Shown: positions 39,471 through 53,390 of the stretch, piece after piece
How the letters are laid out: each line of letters opens with the position of its first letter
Numbering within the stretch: position 1 is the stretch's first letter
Source of the DNA: the human T2T-CHM13v2.0 reference genome, Homo sapiens
DNA: 64,000 nucleotides
Assembly: GCF_009914755.1 (NCBI RefSeq)
Contig: NC_060927.1
Direction: 5' to 3' (one strand)
The notes under the pieces: generated by a model
Seen by the model: only the letters and a program-made list of their open reading frames with translations
Told to the model about the DNA's origin: nothing
Databases searched by the model: none
Made by a program: the position numbers and the translations under genes

Positions 39471-40360
39471 TTCAAATGTTTCCGTATCACTCATCATATT
39501 CTCATAGTTTGGAAAAAAATACCTCACTCTTTCTCCCAAAAATATTTAAATCTGCCATACATATTATATATTGTATATGTACAACAGGTCCATAAATGCA
39601 AATTTTGTAACTTTAATCACTTTTGCAGGTTAGCATAGATTTACAGCAAAAGGGAAATTGACATAGAATTAAATAAATTGTGCAGTAGGGAAATGAATTT
39701 TTTTTTTTTTTTTTTTACTGCTCTTTCTCAAACTCTAGACTCTGCCTAGAGTTTTACCATTTGCTATGCTGCCTCACATATTCCAAAAATTATTCTAAGA
39801 AAGAGTTATTTGGAGAGTTGATTTAGTTTATAGAGCAGCTACTCAGAATTGAAAATAATCAATAGTACCTTAAGATTCAGGCTCTAACTGGATATTTAGG
39901 CAAGAACCCAAACAGACAGTTACTCCTATAACGACATTGAGTAAAATGTAGAGAGCATGAATGTAGCAGCCCAACCCATCTGTTCTTTTTTTCTAATTTT
40001 GAAGAGGTTATTTTTATATCAGTCTTTGGAATTTTTAGTTCTGTCTCTGCTATGCTACATAAATACTGATGCTAACAGACTAAATTTAAAAAAAAAATAA
40101 ATTGTTGATAAGAGGAAGAGGAAATTGCGAGATATAAACCTAGCCATTTTCCCATTTAGGTGGTATTTCCTTACTTTTTAAATAAACTCTATGACTTTTA
40201 CTTTCTCACTATCTCCTCTCTGCATCAGTTTTCTTATTAAAGTCTCAACATTTCTGATAATGAATGTCTCTAGAATTTCTTTACAGGAGACATTTAGGGG
40301 CAGCTACCTAAAACAGGAGAGTTGGGGGGCTTATTTTAAACCTAAACTGAAATAATAGAC

Positions 40361-40363
40361 TAT

Positions 40364-40402
<39 letters not shown>

Positions 40403-40682
40403 TTTGGCAGAGTCTCACTCTGTCACCCAGGCTGGAGTGCAGTGGCATGATCTTGGCCACTAACATCCACCTCTTGGGTTCAAGCAATTCTCCTGCCTCA
40501 GCCTCCCGAGTAGCTGGGATTACAGGCATACACCACTATGTCCAGCTAACTTTTGTATTTTTAGTAGAGACAGGGTTTCACCATGTTGGCCAGGCTGGTC
40601 TCGAACTCCCGACCTCAGTTGATCCACCCACCTTGGTCTCTCGAAGTGCTGGGATTACAGGCATGAACCACTGTGTCCGGCC
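40361..40682 (-). mobile_element. AluS with (TTTA)n tail
   Basis: Antisense two-arm Alu; TSD taatagac. Confidence 0.96.
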
Positions 40683-41284
40683 TAATAGACATATTTTTAA
40701 ATTGAAAATATATATTACTGATTTTAAAAAATAAAGATTTCTAAGATGATTTTATTCAGGCTTTACATAAGATTTTTAAAGAGTCCAATTTCCTAATATT
40801 ATTACTAATATTATTATCAGAATAATTATTCTGGGGGAGACTGGTGTTAAAACAGTTCCCACCATAGCTGATAATATAATAAATTGCATTGGCTAAGTGT
40901 AATTTATGAAACAATGTACAGTGGAGGCTCCTAACTACTTATATGAAGACTCCAATCACTTCTGAAATTGCATATGCATGTATTACACCAAAATTATAGA
41001 ATAATATAAATATACAGCAGTCTATATATTTATTCAATTATCAATTCATTCACTTATCAAATATTTAAAATGTTCCTATCATACATATAGGTGTGGATAT
41101 CTAAATTCGCACATGAGCAAAGCAAAATTAAATGGCCTATGCCATTCATCTGAAAAGTTAGGCATAAACACTCCACTGAAAAATCCCTTTTTCTAAGCCC
41201 TCTTTGTTCTCATCATAGTTAAAATGATACCTTCTTTTTACTTTAGAAACTAACGTTCAAATATTGTAACTCTTTTACTAAATT

Positions 41285-41900
<616 letters not shown>

Positions 41901-43164
41901 CTTCTGACTGAAGCCTTATTTGTCTTCATTAGGTCTTCCACAGGCTTACTTTCCTTGTCTCCCATAATCACCCCTAAACAATTATGGGCCATACTAGCTC
42001 AGCAAATAAGATCATTAAACCAATAATTGTACCTGTGTGTATTTCTGTATAATTAATATGCGTTCTTGGCTAGAAATTCTTAAAGGTTATACTGATGTGG
42101 ACACCAAATCTAAGTGATAATGCCAAATTTCCAGATTTCTTATTTAACATGTTCCAGCTCACTCGATTATTATAAGAGGTTTTAAAGTCAACTGTAATTT
42201 CAGGTATCTATTGGAAAATACAATAAATATCCTCTAAATGATAAAAAGATAGAATAATGCATTAATATAGCTGAAATATAGACTTGGAAGGCAACAACAG
42301 CAGCTGGCTATGACCTTTTTATTGAGAAAGTGACCCAGAAAATGGCCGAGGAAATTTCATCATTTATTTCCCACTTCTGAACCAAAGTCTCAGATGCCTT
42401 TAAATCCCCATAGGATAAAGTTGGCTTTAGGTTGTATATAAAATACAAATTGAGTAAGGGAATATTTTTTCTTTACTGCTCAGATGTTTTATCAGCTTTG
42501 AATAGAAAAACACACTAATATTTATTTCCTTAATATGTGCACATCAGCTTTAATTATAATCAATCCTTCCATAGACGGATTTCATGGGATTTAATGTGCT
42601 ACCAAATGCAAAGATAGAACTTGCTAATTCTCTACAATTACACATTTATTTCTGGGCATGTGGGTATAACCGCACCTCCATGCCATGTTCTTTCTATATT
42701 GCTACAAAGCACTATGGATTAAATTGTAGGTATGGAGTACCATATTAATTTGGAAGTTTGAATGTCTAGAATATTTTATATTTAAGTACAGATCACACAG
42801 AGTGGACACTCCCTAGTTAAGTTGTTGAATGGTTGAAACAGGTCAAGATAAATGAAGCCGTACGATAAACTATGGAAGACAAAAATAACCTGTCTGTAAA
42901 TTTGATTTTGGGGCTAAGGTAGGTTTCTTTTGATATCACATTTATTCCTGTGTGAAATATAAGTATTCTGTGTTCATAACAGAGTGAAAATGTATACATT
43001 TATTCAAATGACTAATATTAAGAGCATCTACTGTGTGGACTTATGAAATAATATATATTTATTGCATTCACAATGCTTATATTTGAGTAGAGAATAAAGA
43101 CAAGGCAATTAAAATATAGGGGTATCTTATAACTGAGTTTGTACACTTTGACCATATTTTGTAC

Positions 43165-43296
43165 ATAATGGGTGGTGGTGGTTGTGTTAATTAATCCAAT
43201 TGTATTCATCATTACACAATGTGTGTGTATATATATACATAAAAATAAAATCATCATGTTGTACATCTTGAATATATTCAATCTTTATTTGACAAT
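43165..43296 (+). mobile_element. L1MA 3' end fragment
   Basis: tgttaattaatccaattgtattcatcattacacaatgtg...aaatcatcatgttgtacatcttgaatatattcaat. Confidence 0.75.
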
Positions 43297-43669
43297 GAAA
43301 TATTTTATATACATATATATACATATATATATGCAAGTGCTAGGGATAAGCAGAAATGTATCTGGGGACATGGAAGGTGGCTCTGTAGGATTACTAAACA
43401 TTTTGAGAAAAATCACATTTCAACTTCACCTTTGTAAGAGGTTGTGCTGGGCTTCCTTTCCAAATGAAATGCGGTGTGACAGAAAATAGACTCATGTAGC
43501 TCTCTTTAGTGGGATAGCTTTCTTTCTCAACATCAACTAACACATCTCCTAGGTGTCCTTAAAGTTTCAACCTATAAATATTCTACCTCATTAAGCATAA
43601 GGACCAGCCATGGACATATGCCGCTAGTGTCCACTTTCCTTCAGAGATTTAGGGTGATGAGAAGATAAA

Positions 43670-44480
43670 GGGTCTGCTTACCAGATGGAGCTTGTCAGAT
43701 TAGCAATTGGAGCAGAGTAAATATCGCTGTCATATTGTTGTTTTGAAGCACAAAGAACCCCTTTTGTATAACGCATGTGCATATTTAATAGTTTAAAACA
43801 AAAAAAGCTCAGCAGAAGGTTGGCTGGTCGTTGTACCTCTAGCAGAGTGGCCATTGCCTGAAGGCACGGTGCTGTTTTCCTCATAATAGGGAACATTAGC
43901 AACCAGTGGCTTGAGAAAGGCAGAGTCAAATATGTCTCTTGGGGCCCAGTCGGCCACATGAAGTGAGAGCCGTTAGACGCAGCAATGAGATTACTGCTCC
44001 AGAAAGGGTTTGCCACATATATTACTGCAGAGGCTTTTCAGGGCTGCCAGCGCACTCAACTTACAAATGTCAAACATGATTTAAAAGGTTATTATACTAT
44101 CAAGAGGGAAGGAGAATGATTTTCCATCACTGAAATTTCTATTTCATTCTGTGGCACATACCGCATCTCACGAAGGCCAATATTGCTAAATAACCTGCTT
44201 TTATCTTTAATAAGTGTTTTATGGACCTTAAATTGGAAGAACCATTTCCACTTTATTTGTATTAGAAAATTTGATCTTTTCTGGTTGAATAACAGCATGA
44301 GAGATACAGTGTGTGTATCTGTGTATTGTGCTTAGCAGATTGTTCTTTGAGGGGAGTAAATTTGTCTGTGACGTGTCAGTTAGGGAGAGCGTACATACGT
44401 AAGCTGTAGTTTTGATAAATGCATTTGTAAGTCTGCAGTATTTTAAGCTAAAAATGACCAGGTGCAGTTCTCTGTACTGC
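43670..44480. promoter_or_regulatory. Candidate enhancer (motif-based only)
   Basis: No recognisable repeat, more CpGs than flanks; E-box CCAGATGG, SOX-like ACAAAG, AP-2-like GCCTGAAGGC, RFX half-site TAGCAAC, TGACGTG. Confidence 0.3.
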
Positions 44481-47116
44481 ATTACTTATTTCTCTTTGGG
44501 CTTTATTGTGACTGGTATTTAAAACAACCTGCTTTCAACCTCTCTGACCCCTTTGGGAATATTTATTTGCTCAATAAGGACTCTATTTGTTGGCCTCAAT
44601 GAGTTAATTTAAGTACAATTGTATTTGAAAAGTTGCTCAATAAAAGCAGAAGACGATTTTTCTTTTATTTTAGGGAGATTTTCACTCTTGTTTTGTAACA
44701 TTTGAAAAATAAATAATCTTCAAGTGTGGCTGTTAAAATGTGCAATAAACACCTTATTGTCAATGTGGAATTTTTAAACATTGCCTTTGCAGTCATAAAA
44801 GAGGCCAAAACAAGGGATTTCAACTACCCTTTTGGTAGCATTCTTCACTCTATTTCCTAGCAAATCACTGATGGCTTTTTCTGAGGGTGAGACTGTAAAA
44901 CTGAAGGTTGCCTACATTTCCAGGTCCCAGAATGTGCCATGCACAGCAATACATCAGCACTCTAAGCTGACACATTTGAGGATGGTGTTCTCAGGTGGGA
45001 TGTAAAAAGGACAGAAGGATACAGTCTATGGTGTTGAGATATTGTCTGTTCCCCCTTTATCTGAGACTCTGAAGCATTAAATTAAAATCTGTGAATTCGC
45101 CCATGTTCACATGGGCATTGTCAAAATTAAATTAAAGCTTATGGAAGGAAACCTTCTCAGCCTGAAGAATAGCACCTTTCCTCCAAGTTCTGCACCGATT
45201 TTGTCATTTGCCAAAGTGCAAGTCACAACAAAAGGAAAAGAAAACAAACCAAAAAAATCTTTGAATTTTGAAAAATAATCAGACTTCTTTCATGGGACAA
45301 TAGCACTAAAAATTTAAATTTATTCGACGTTCTCCAGATGGAGTATGAAATTAGCTTTCTAACATTTGAACAAGAGTGAACCTGAATATCTACATAAGGA
45401 TTAATATGTATGTCTGTCTGTGCCCTTTTATTCTTTTGAAGACTTTCTGTAATATATACTGATTTCAGGTAGCTTCTTTATTGTTATATAAACAAAAATA
45501 ACAAATCTAGAGACACAAAAATATTTCCAGTTTAGGAAATAATTAGAACATTCTATTTTTCCCCCTTCTTTTAAAAAGTAACAATAGAAAGAAAAATCAC
45601 TTAAATATTGAATGATAATAAATATGTTTTATCTTAGTTTTGAAATTTGATGAAATAGTAAATTCATTATAATAATGTATTCATATATTCAGTAACCAAT
45701 GACATATTTATGTAAGTCTTGAATGTTTTAATAATCCTATTTAAAAATTTTGAAACATTATTTTTTCTAATTGGATTAAAAACTCCCTTTTACAAATCTC
45801 TCACATGGTTTCTTGTAATTGAAAACTCTTATAGTACATATGAAATACAATTCTATTAATAAAATATGCATTCATATACACCTTTTTAAAGCATTCAATT
45901 ATTTGGGCAAAGCAACGCAAATGTATAAACTCAAAGATATAAACTATGATGGTTAATTTGATGAAATATATCTCACATTAAACTGTAAAATGAAACAAAA
46001 GTGTTTCTTCTATAGTAAAATCTTAGCTTCTCTTAAAATAAACACACATTTTTAAAAATCCTGTGTGACCCTGTCTTAAAGAGGTAAGTTCACTAATAGA
46101 CCAGTGAACTATTTTCTAGAAACCAAATTCAATTTTGAATTAAAATCATGGTCTAAAAAGATGGAGACATATACCACATAGCATAAGTTTCTAAAACTTA
46201 TGTCAGTCCATATATGGGAGAAAGTTATCTTTCTACTATGATTCTACAATAAAAATATTCATTTATATCTCACAACTTAGTAAATAAATCAGAGGAATGT
46301 TTAATCTTAGAATGGCTGCAGTGAACTGGACAATCATTCACCCCAACATTTTTTTCTAGAATTCTTAAATTGAAAATTAAATGTCATGCTAATAGTGTTT
46401 CGCTTCCTTTAGAAACAAAATCATTGTTTACAAAAGGCACTCTCTTTGCATCTGACAATACGCAATTTCATTTTTCATTCTAGTTATCCTTAAAAAATTT
46501 AATAATGCATTCTTGCCACCTCTTTCCCAATGCCAAAATAGATACCTTGTCACCTTAAAATATTTCACAGAACAATTACAGCCTTTAACATGCAGAACAT
46601 AGCTGTCTGAGAAATAGGGCACTTTCTGGTGCTTGTGATATATAAACTTCATTGGATAAGAAATCAAGTGCCTCCTACATGCATCCTGGCCTCGTTAATT
46701 TATGTTGATGGCTGGTATGAAAAAGATAGGGAGGTGGCAAACTGGTGAGTTGTCTCTGACCAAAAAGAATTATTTATTTTGTTGGAACAATGTAACCTAA
46801 CACTAATATTACTTTTTATTTAATATTGGAAAATTATACATTAGATAATATTTTCTAGAAATTAAGCTAGCTATTTTAAAGTAGAGTTTACCATCTTGGC
46901 TAAGGGATTGCAAACATAAAAGCATACAGGGGTGAAGTGAATCAAGTCAAAGTGAATGGCTGCAGTGAACTGGACAATCTAAGCTATCACCAAGGACATG
47001 TTTCTTTCAACAGTCTACTGACAGCCTTCCCCAGGGCTCCCATTGCTGGCTTCTTCACGAAGGCCTGCCATTCTTTATACTACTTATCAGGCTTTTTGAA
47101 AAAGCAGGGGTGGGGG

Positions 47117-47488
47117 CAAGGTGCGGTAGCTCACACCTGTAATCCCAGCACTTTGGGAGGCTGAGGCTGGTGGATCAATTGAGGTCAGGAGTTCAATACC
47201 AGCCTGGCCAACATAGCAAAACACCATCTCTACTGAAAATAGAAAAATTAGCAGAGCATGGTGGCGGGCGCCTGTAATCCCAGCTACTCGGGAGGCTAAG
47301 GCGGGAGAATCACTTGAACCCCTGAGGTGGTGGTTGCAGTGAGCTAAGATCACACCAGCTACTCAGGAGGCCAAGGCAGGAGAATCGCTGGAACCCATAA
47401 AGCGGTGGTTGCAGTGAGCTGAGATCGCACCACTGCACTCCAGCCTGAGCAACAGAATGAAACTTGTCTCAAAAAAAGAAAAAAAAAG
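47117..47488 (+). mobile_element. AluS with 75-bp internal tandem duplication in the right arm
   Basis: ccagctactc...gcagtgagct.agatc.cac occurs at 47280 and 47355; TSD aaaagcaggggtgggg / aaaagtaggagtaggg. Confidence 0.93.
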
Positions 47489-49054
47489 TAGGAGTAGGGA
47501 TGTTTTTGTCAAATCTAGGAAATGTGAAATTTCTTCTAGAAACCACCTGAATTATATTAAAAATATTGACAATATATGAGTTTTTACCTTGATGAAAGGA
47601 GATATTTCTTTTTTTTTTTTTTTACTAAATTGCTTTTATACAAAGTCTACAAATTAAATCTGCATATAAGGAGAGTTAAATTTAAATATTAATTTTAAGA
47701 TTTTTGGAAAATGCGGCAATCGTTCTTTTCATGTGAGAGATAACAAGTCTAAGCCAGATATTTAGTCATGTTCTATGTAGGCAGGAAGATCTCATCTGGA
47801 TTCCCTGGCCTTCTTGGCATTCTGACTCACAATGTCTTCATCAGTTTTCTAGTGATAGATGAATAAAAGCATAATAAAAGATAAACCAAGGGCATCGTCA
47901 GGTGTTCAGGGGAGCCTAGGCATTAGTCTAGGTGGGAGAAAGAACCTAGACTTCCTAAGTGGCCTGGGACTCCCAACGTTGTGTCAGTGACGCTGGATAT
48001 ATCCAAATAGACTGATAGGAGAGCCCTGGCAGGAGAAACAGAGGAGCATGGATGCTGGATACTAGACATCAATACTAAAATATATGTTGAAAAATTTAAA
48101 TAGTACCAGTTCTGAACATTCTTGTGGTTTCATAACTTTATAGAGCTATGATATATACTAAAGATAATCGCCACTTATCATCTTCAGTGAAACGAGTGGG
48201 GCCAGGGATTTTCATAGCTTTCCAAAATCTAAAATGCCTCTATTGTGCACAGAATTTGTAGGTTACTTGGACATACTGTATTTCTCTCAGATTCTAACTA
48301 ATTCTTAGAGAATTGTATTTCTCTCAGATTCTAACTTGTACTTAGAGAAGTTAAATAACTGACTATATAGATACATGTATAGAAAATGGTTGATCTGGGA
48401 TTTAATCCAAGGTCAAGATTAAGACTTAACCAAGATTCAGTCTTGATCCAAAACTTTTAGTCCAATATTTTCTCGACCATAAATCAAGAGGTTAAATGAA
48501 CATTGGATTCTAATTCTGACTCTACTAATGATGGGCATAGGTACCCATATTATAGGGCTGAGATTCGGCTATTTATTGTTTTTTTTTTTTGCTTTATTTT
48601 GTTTTGTTTTAATCCCAAGTAATTTCAATTTATAGCTAGGATTGAGAACCACTGGCTTAAAATCTAAGAAAACTTAATTTATTTTCCTTTTCCTTTACTT
48701 TCATATATATTCTAATAAATGCCAGTTGTTACTAATCTTTACATATATATACTCACAATACATAAATACGTAAATACATAATTCACAGAAATAAGTTTAT
48801 GTGCTTAATTATCCATCTCAAAAGCAGATTTAGAGGATTTAGGAGAAATGCAGCATGTGATACCAATTACAAGAAGAAATGGGAAATATTCTTTTGTAGT
48901 TGGTTGTTCCTAAATTCTGGTGTTTTCATCTGGAGGGACTGAAGAGAACTTCTATCCATTGATTATCTATGATGTGCCTTCATGCTTATGGAGAGATTTA
49001 TTCATTCAGATTCTCCTGGAAGAAGCCACTGTGTGATAATGAAAGTCTCATAAT

Positions 49055-49116
49055 TAGGGTTGCCAAGTTTAGTACATAAAAATACTTGTATTAAATGTGT
49101 TTATCTGGTAACACTA
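49055..49116. mobile_element. Internally deleted MER53-like hAT MITE
   Basis: Inverted termini tagggttgccaag ... tctggtaacacta. Confidence 0.55.
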
Positions 49117-51310
49117 CTACTAAGAGCTTGGCTCTCAAATTCATCTCTGGTCCAGGTTTTTAGCTCTCTTCCCAGATGAGTCATGGCAACTGCCCTGTCT
49201 GCAAAGGCAAAACATCATCCTTCTCTTCTTTAGAGACACTGACCTAGCTGAAATGTTTCTCTGGACAATCCAAGAGGAATCAAACATTTACATCAGCAAG
49301 AACCACATTTGTGTCTGTGATACTGTTGAAGGGTCCATAGAGAGATAACTGATTTTTAAAGCAGTGGTACTTGTAAAACAGCAACAGTAAGGCTTAAAAT
49401 AAATTAATGCCAAAAGTGATTTCCTTCATTCCTTAATGTAAAATCTTCCTGCATGTAATTCATAGTAACTGAAAATGGAAAGTAAGTGGTAGTTAGTAGC
49501 TCTTTTTTCCATTAAAAAAGTTTAAAAGCTTCAAGTTTGTTTTCTATGTACGGTCTAACATGGCCATGCAGATATTCTTCATTCAAAGTTAGATCCCCTC
49601 CTAGGGTTTCAGTGACTGAAAGAGGAAAATTTCCTCTTATTTTACGTTTCCTTTAATGGATCACGTATCAAATTTTATGTACACATAAACTCAAATTAAG
49701 AGCCCGTTTATTGCGAAATTGTCCTTAAAAAGCTAAATCTAACATTGGTAAAATTTAGTCCCTATTTGTAGCCTGATGGTATCTAAAAAAAAGTTTTGGG
49801 TAAAAGTAAATCTCTACACCTTCAAATTGAATGTTGCAGCCAATTGAGAACCTATGAGAAATTAAATTGAGAAAGATGTTTTTGAAGACCCATTTCGGGA
49901 GAAATGAATTCCTGTGTCTTGAGAACTCTAAAGCAGATAAGAAAGCAAGGCAATGGATCTAATTCTGTTTGGAGCATAAAATTCCTGAAATTGAGGATAT
50001 ATAAGAAAAGATTGATCTTGTGTCTATTTGTCTTGAAGTTCAGTTCAAATCTGGTTCTGGAGAAAAAGAAAGATATTAATTTCCAGACAGAGCAATTGTG
50101 TCTTTCAGAAAAATTGTGCATTTCTTCCCAATTGAGATGTCTCAAAATTAAATGGTATGGTGCAAAGCTTCATTATCTTGTTTCTCTTAAGATTCAAGCC
50201 TTTTTTTTCAGAACAGTTATCCAATATCCTAATAGATGAAACATAATTTAGAACAACCCTGTATTATAAGACCCAGATTTACCAATACAATATCTATTTA
50301 AATATAGAATTACTATTTAATATAGAATTCAGTGTGGATAGTAGTTTTGAGCTTTAAGTGAAAAAAAAAAAAGAAAAGAACAGAAACTCCATAATGGATT
50401 AGGTCTAATACAGCCTTTTGGTCATGAGTGAAGAGGCTAATGTAATATGAGCACTCATGAGTAATCAGATGTCTTCTGATGAGTGAATTGAAATGTCATA
50501 GCAGAAGTAATCCACTATACATTTTATTATGAATTTTTGTGGGTAGGTTTAAATTTATTTTCTGGCTCATTTAATTTATTTAATCAAAACAAAATCTAAG
50601 ATGCATGGAAAAATCAATTTTGGTAATAAGAGATTTACCCCAATATATTTATTCATTTCTAATGTTTTCTTTTTCTCATTAGTTGACTGGGTTATAATTT
50701 TTGCTTGTCATTCTTTATAGCTTTGTTTCTGGTTTTTGCTAAAGGCCACAAAACTACATACATCAGGTATTTCCAATAATATTGTACTATTGTATGTGCA
50801 CCGGAAATATCCCGGTGCTTTCGGTAGCTCCAATCAAATATGTCTTATACATGATTTGTCAGATTCCACAGATAAACTGTATATTTGCAAAACTGGATTT
50901 TAGAAGATTTAGTCAATTAGAAATATATGTGGCTATGTAATTGGCTTCTATTGTTTTGCTCTTAACTCATCTAAGATCTAATGCTAAGTTCATCATATCA
51001 TCATGATCTTTGGTGAGAATGTAATTGCTGAAAATGTTTTGAAACCACTGGGTCAGTGATTAAGAACGAAAGGGATTCAGCGTTAAATCAAAGTTCCCAT
51101 ACGACAGTCATCTTGATTCACAGGAAATGGGGATTGAACTGGGTTCACTTGAAAAGTACTGAACCTCTTAACTTCTCAGGGTTCTTGTTGTATGTTAGTA
51201 GGATATGCTTTAATGTGGATCACTAATCTCTTTTTCATAATCATTTGTTTCTAATAAACAACTGTCTCATTCTTTCGTCTTTTCATACATCACTCAAAAC
51301 AAATGACTCA

Positions 51311-51612
<302 letters not shown>

Positions 51613-52734
51613 TCAGAAAATTTTAAAATTTTTTAAGTTTTTATCCTTCTTGAGCATATATATGTGACAGCCAGGGGAATTCCAGATGTTTTTCAGCTTA
51701 TTTTTATGTCTGACACCAGATACTACATAAATAAAAACAGTTAGAAGTTTTGTTTATTGAGTATTTTTGTGATTACATATCTAGACAACTTTCAAAACAA
51801 CCAGTCAGTGGTTTCAAGTATGCTTTCATCTCCATCTTGTATCATATCATTCATATATTGTTGGCAAATGATGAGTTTTACCTGTATTATTTGGAAGCAT
51901 TTTATGAAGCCAGTTTTAGAAGTTCATTTAAAGAAACAGAAAAGCTCATATGCCTGTCTCTAACCAAGGACACAAGAGCAAGTGAATGAGGGTGTTTTAA
52001 TTTTTATTTTTTGTCTTACTTTTCAATTCACACATAAACCAATATGGAAGTAGTACTATCTAATGTGGAAGATAGAAACCTATATATTTTTAAATATTTT
52101 TGAGTGAGTGTGACTAGACAAGTCAGATAGTTTATCATTTTCATTCTTAGGCCATAAAGATCCCTCTGGCAAACTGAAGAGTTTAATGACTACATATTTT
52201 CTTAAACTTTAACTGTCTTGAGTGAAGGGTACACATAGTTTGCACTATTGGTGAGTGAAAATGTCTACCTTAAGCAAAGAGAAAACAGTCCTCCTCTGCC
52301 ATGAGAGTGAATAGAGACATACATGTCAGAATTCAATATGGCAGCTACTCATGGAAATTATTCAGCACACACATTTTAAAAACTCAGAAATCTTAATTAT
52401 CACCAAATCTAAAAAATCTGTGTCCTTTATTTACCTTTTCTGTTGGCTTTTAGACTCATGCTTAATTTCATAGCTGACAGTGCAAAGCTTATCTTCATTT
52501 CTTAAAATTTCTAATTGGAACCCAGCAGTTGCATCCATAAAAGAAAATATTTCTTATGTGGAAATGGTGTAGCCTACTCCACTTTCCATCAGATAAAGAT
52601 TAGGTTAAACATTAAAGGAACAAGATAAAGCATAGGTGTGCATTTGCTATTTCAAGTACCAATTTCTATTTTATCACTCAGGATGGGTTAGAGATTCTGT
52701 GTTAATAAACAGTCCCAAAAGTTCAGTGGTTTTT

Positions 52735-53054
52735 CCATTTAATTTTTTAATTGATACATAACAATTGTACATATTTGTGAGGTATATAATGATGTTTTGA
52801 TACATATAATATGCAGTAATCATATCAGGGTAATTAGCATATCTATCATTTCAAACATTAATCATTTCTTTGTGTTGGGAATATTCCGTATGGTCCTTCT
52901 AACTATCTGAAATTATATATTATATTATTGTTAACTATAGTCATCTTGTAGTGGTATAGAATACTAGAACTTATTCCTCATGTCTAGCTGTAATTCTGTA
53001 TTCTTTCACAAATCTCTTCCTATCCCTGCTTTCCCCAACCATTCCCAGTCTCTA
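52735..53054 (-). mobile_element. L1MA 3' end
   Basis: ttttaattgatacataacaattgtacatattt...atcagggtaattagcatatc...gaacttattcctcatgtctagctgtaa. Confidence 0.88.
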
Positions 53055-53061
53055 GATCAGT

Positions 53062-53390
53062 ATTTTTTTTGTTTTGCTTTGTTTTGTGTTTTTTGGTTTG
53101 TTTGTTTTTAAGATGGAGTTTCGCTCTTGTTGCCCAGGCTGGAGTGCATGGCGTGATCTCGGCTCACTGCAACCTCCGCCTCTTCGTTTCAAGCAATTCT
53201 CCTACCTCAACCTCCCGAGTAGTTAGGATTACAGGCATGCGCCACCACGCCCAGCTAATTTTGTATTTTTAGTAGAGATGGGGTTTCTCCACATTGATCA
53301 CGCTGGTCTCGAACTCCCGACCTCAGGTGATCTGCCTACCTCGGCCTCCCAAAGTGCTGGGATTACAGGTGTGAGCCACCGCCCCTGGCC
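53062..53390 (-). mobile_element. AluSp/Sq-type
   Basis: gagtttcgctcttgttgcccagg diagnostic; (GTTT)n/(GTTTT)n tail; TSD gatcagt. Confidence 0.95.
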
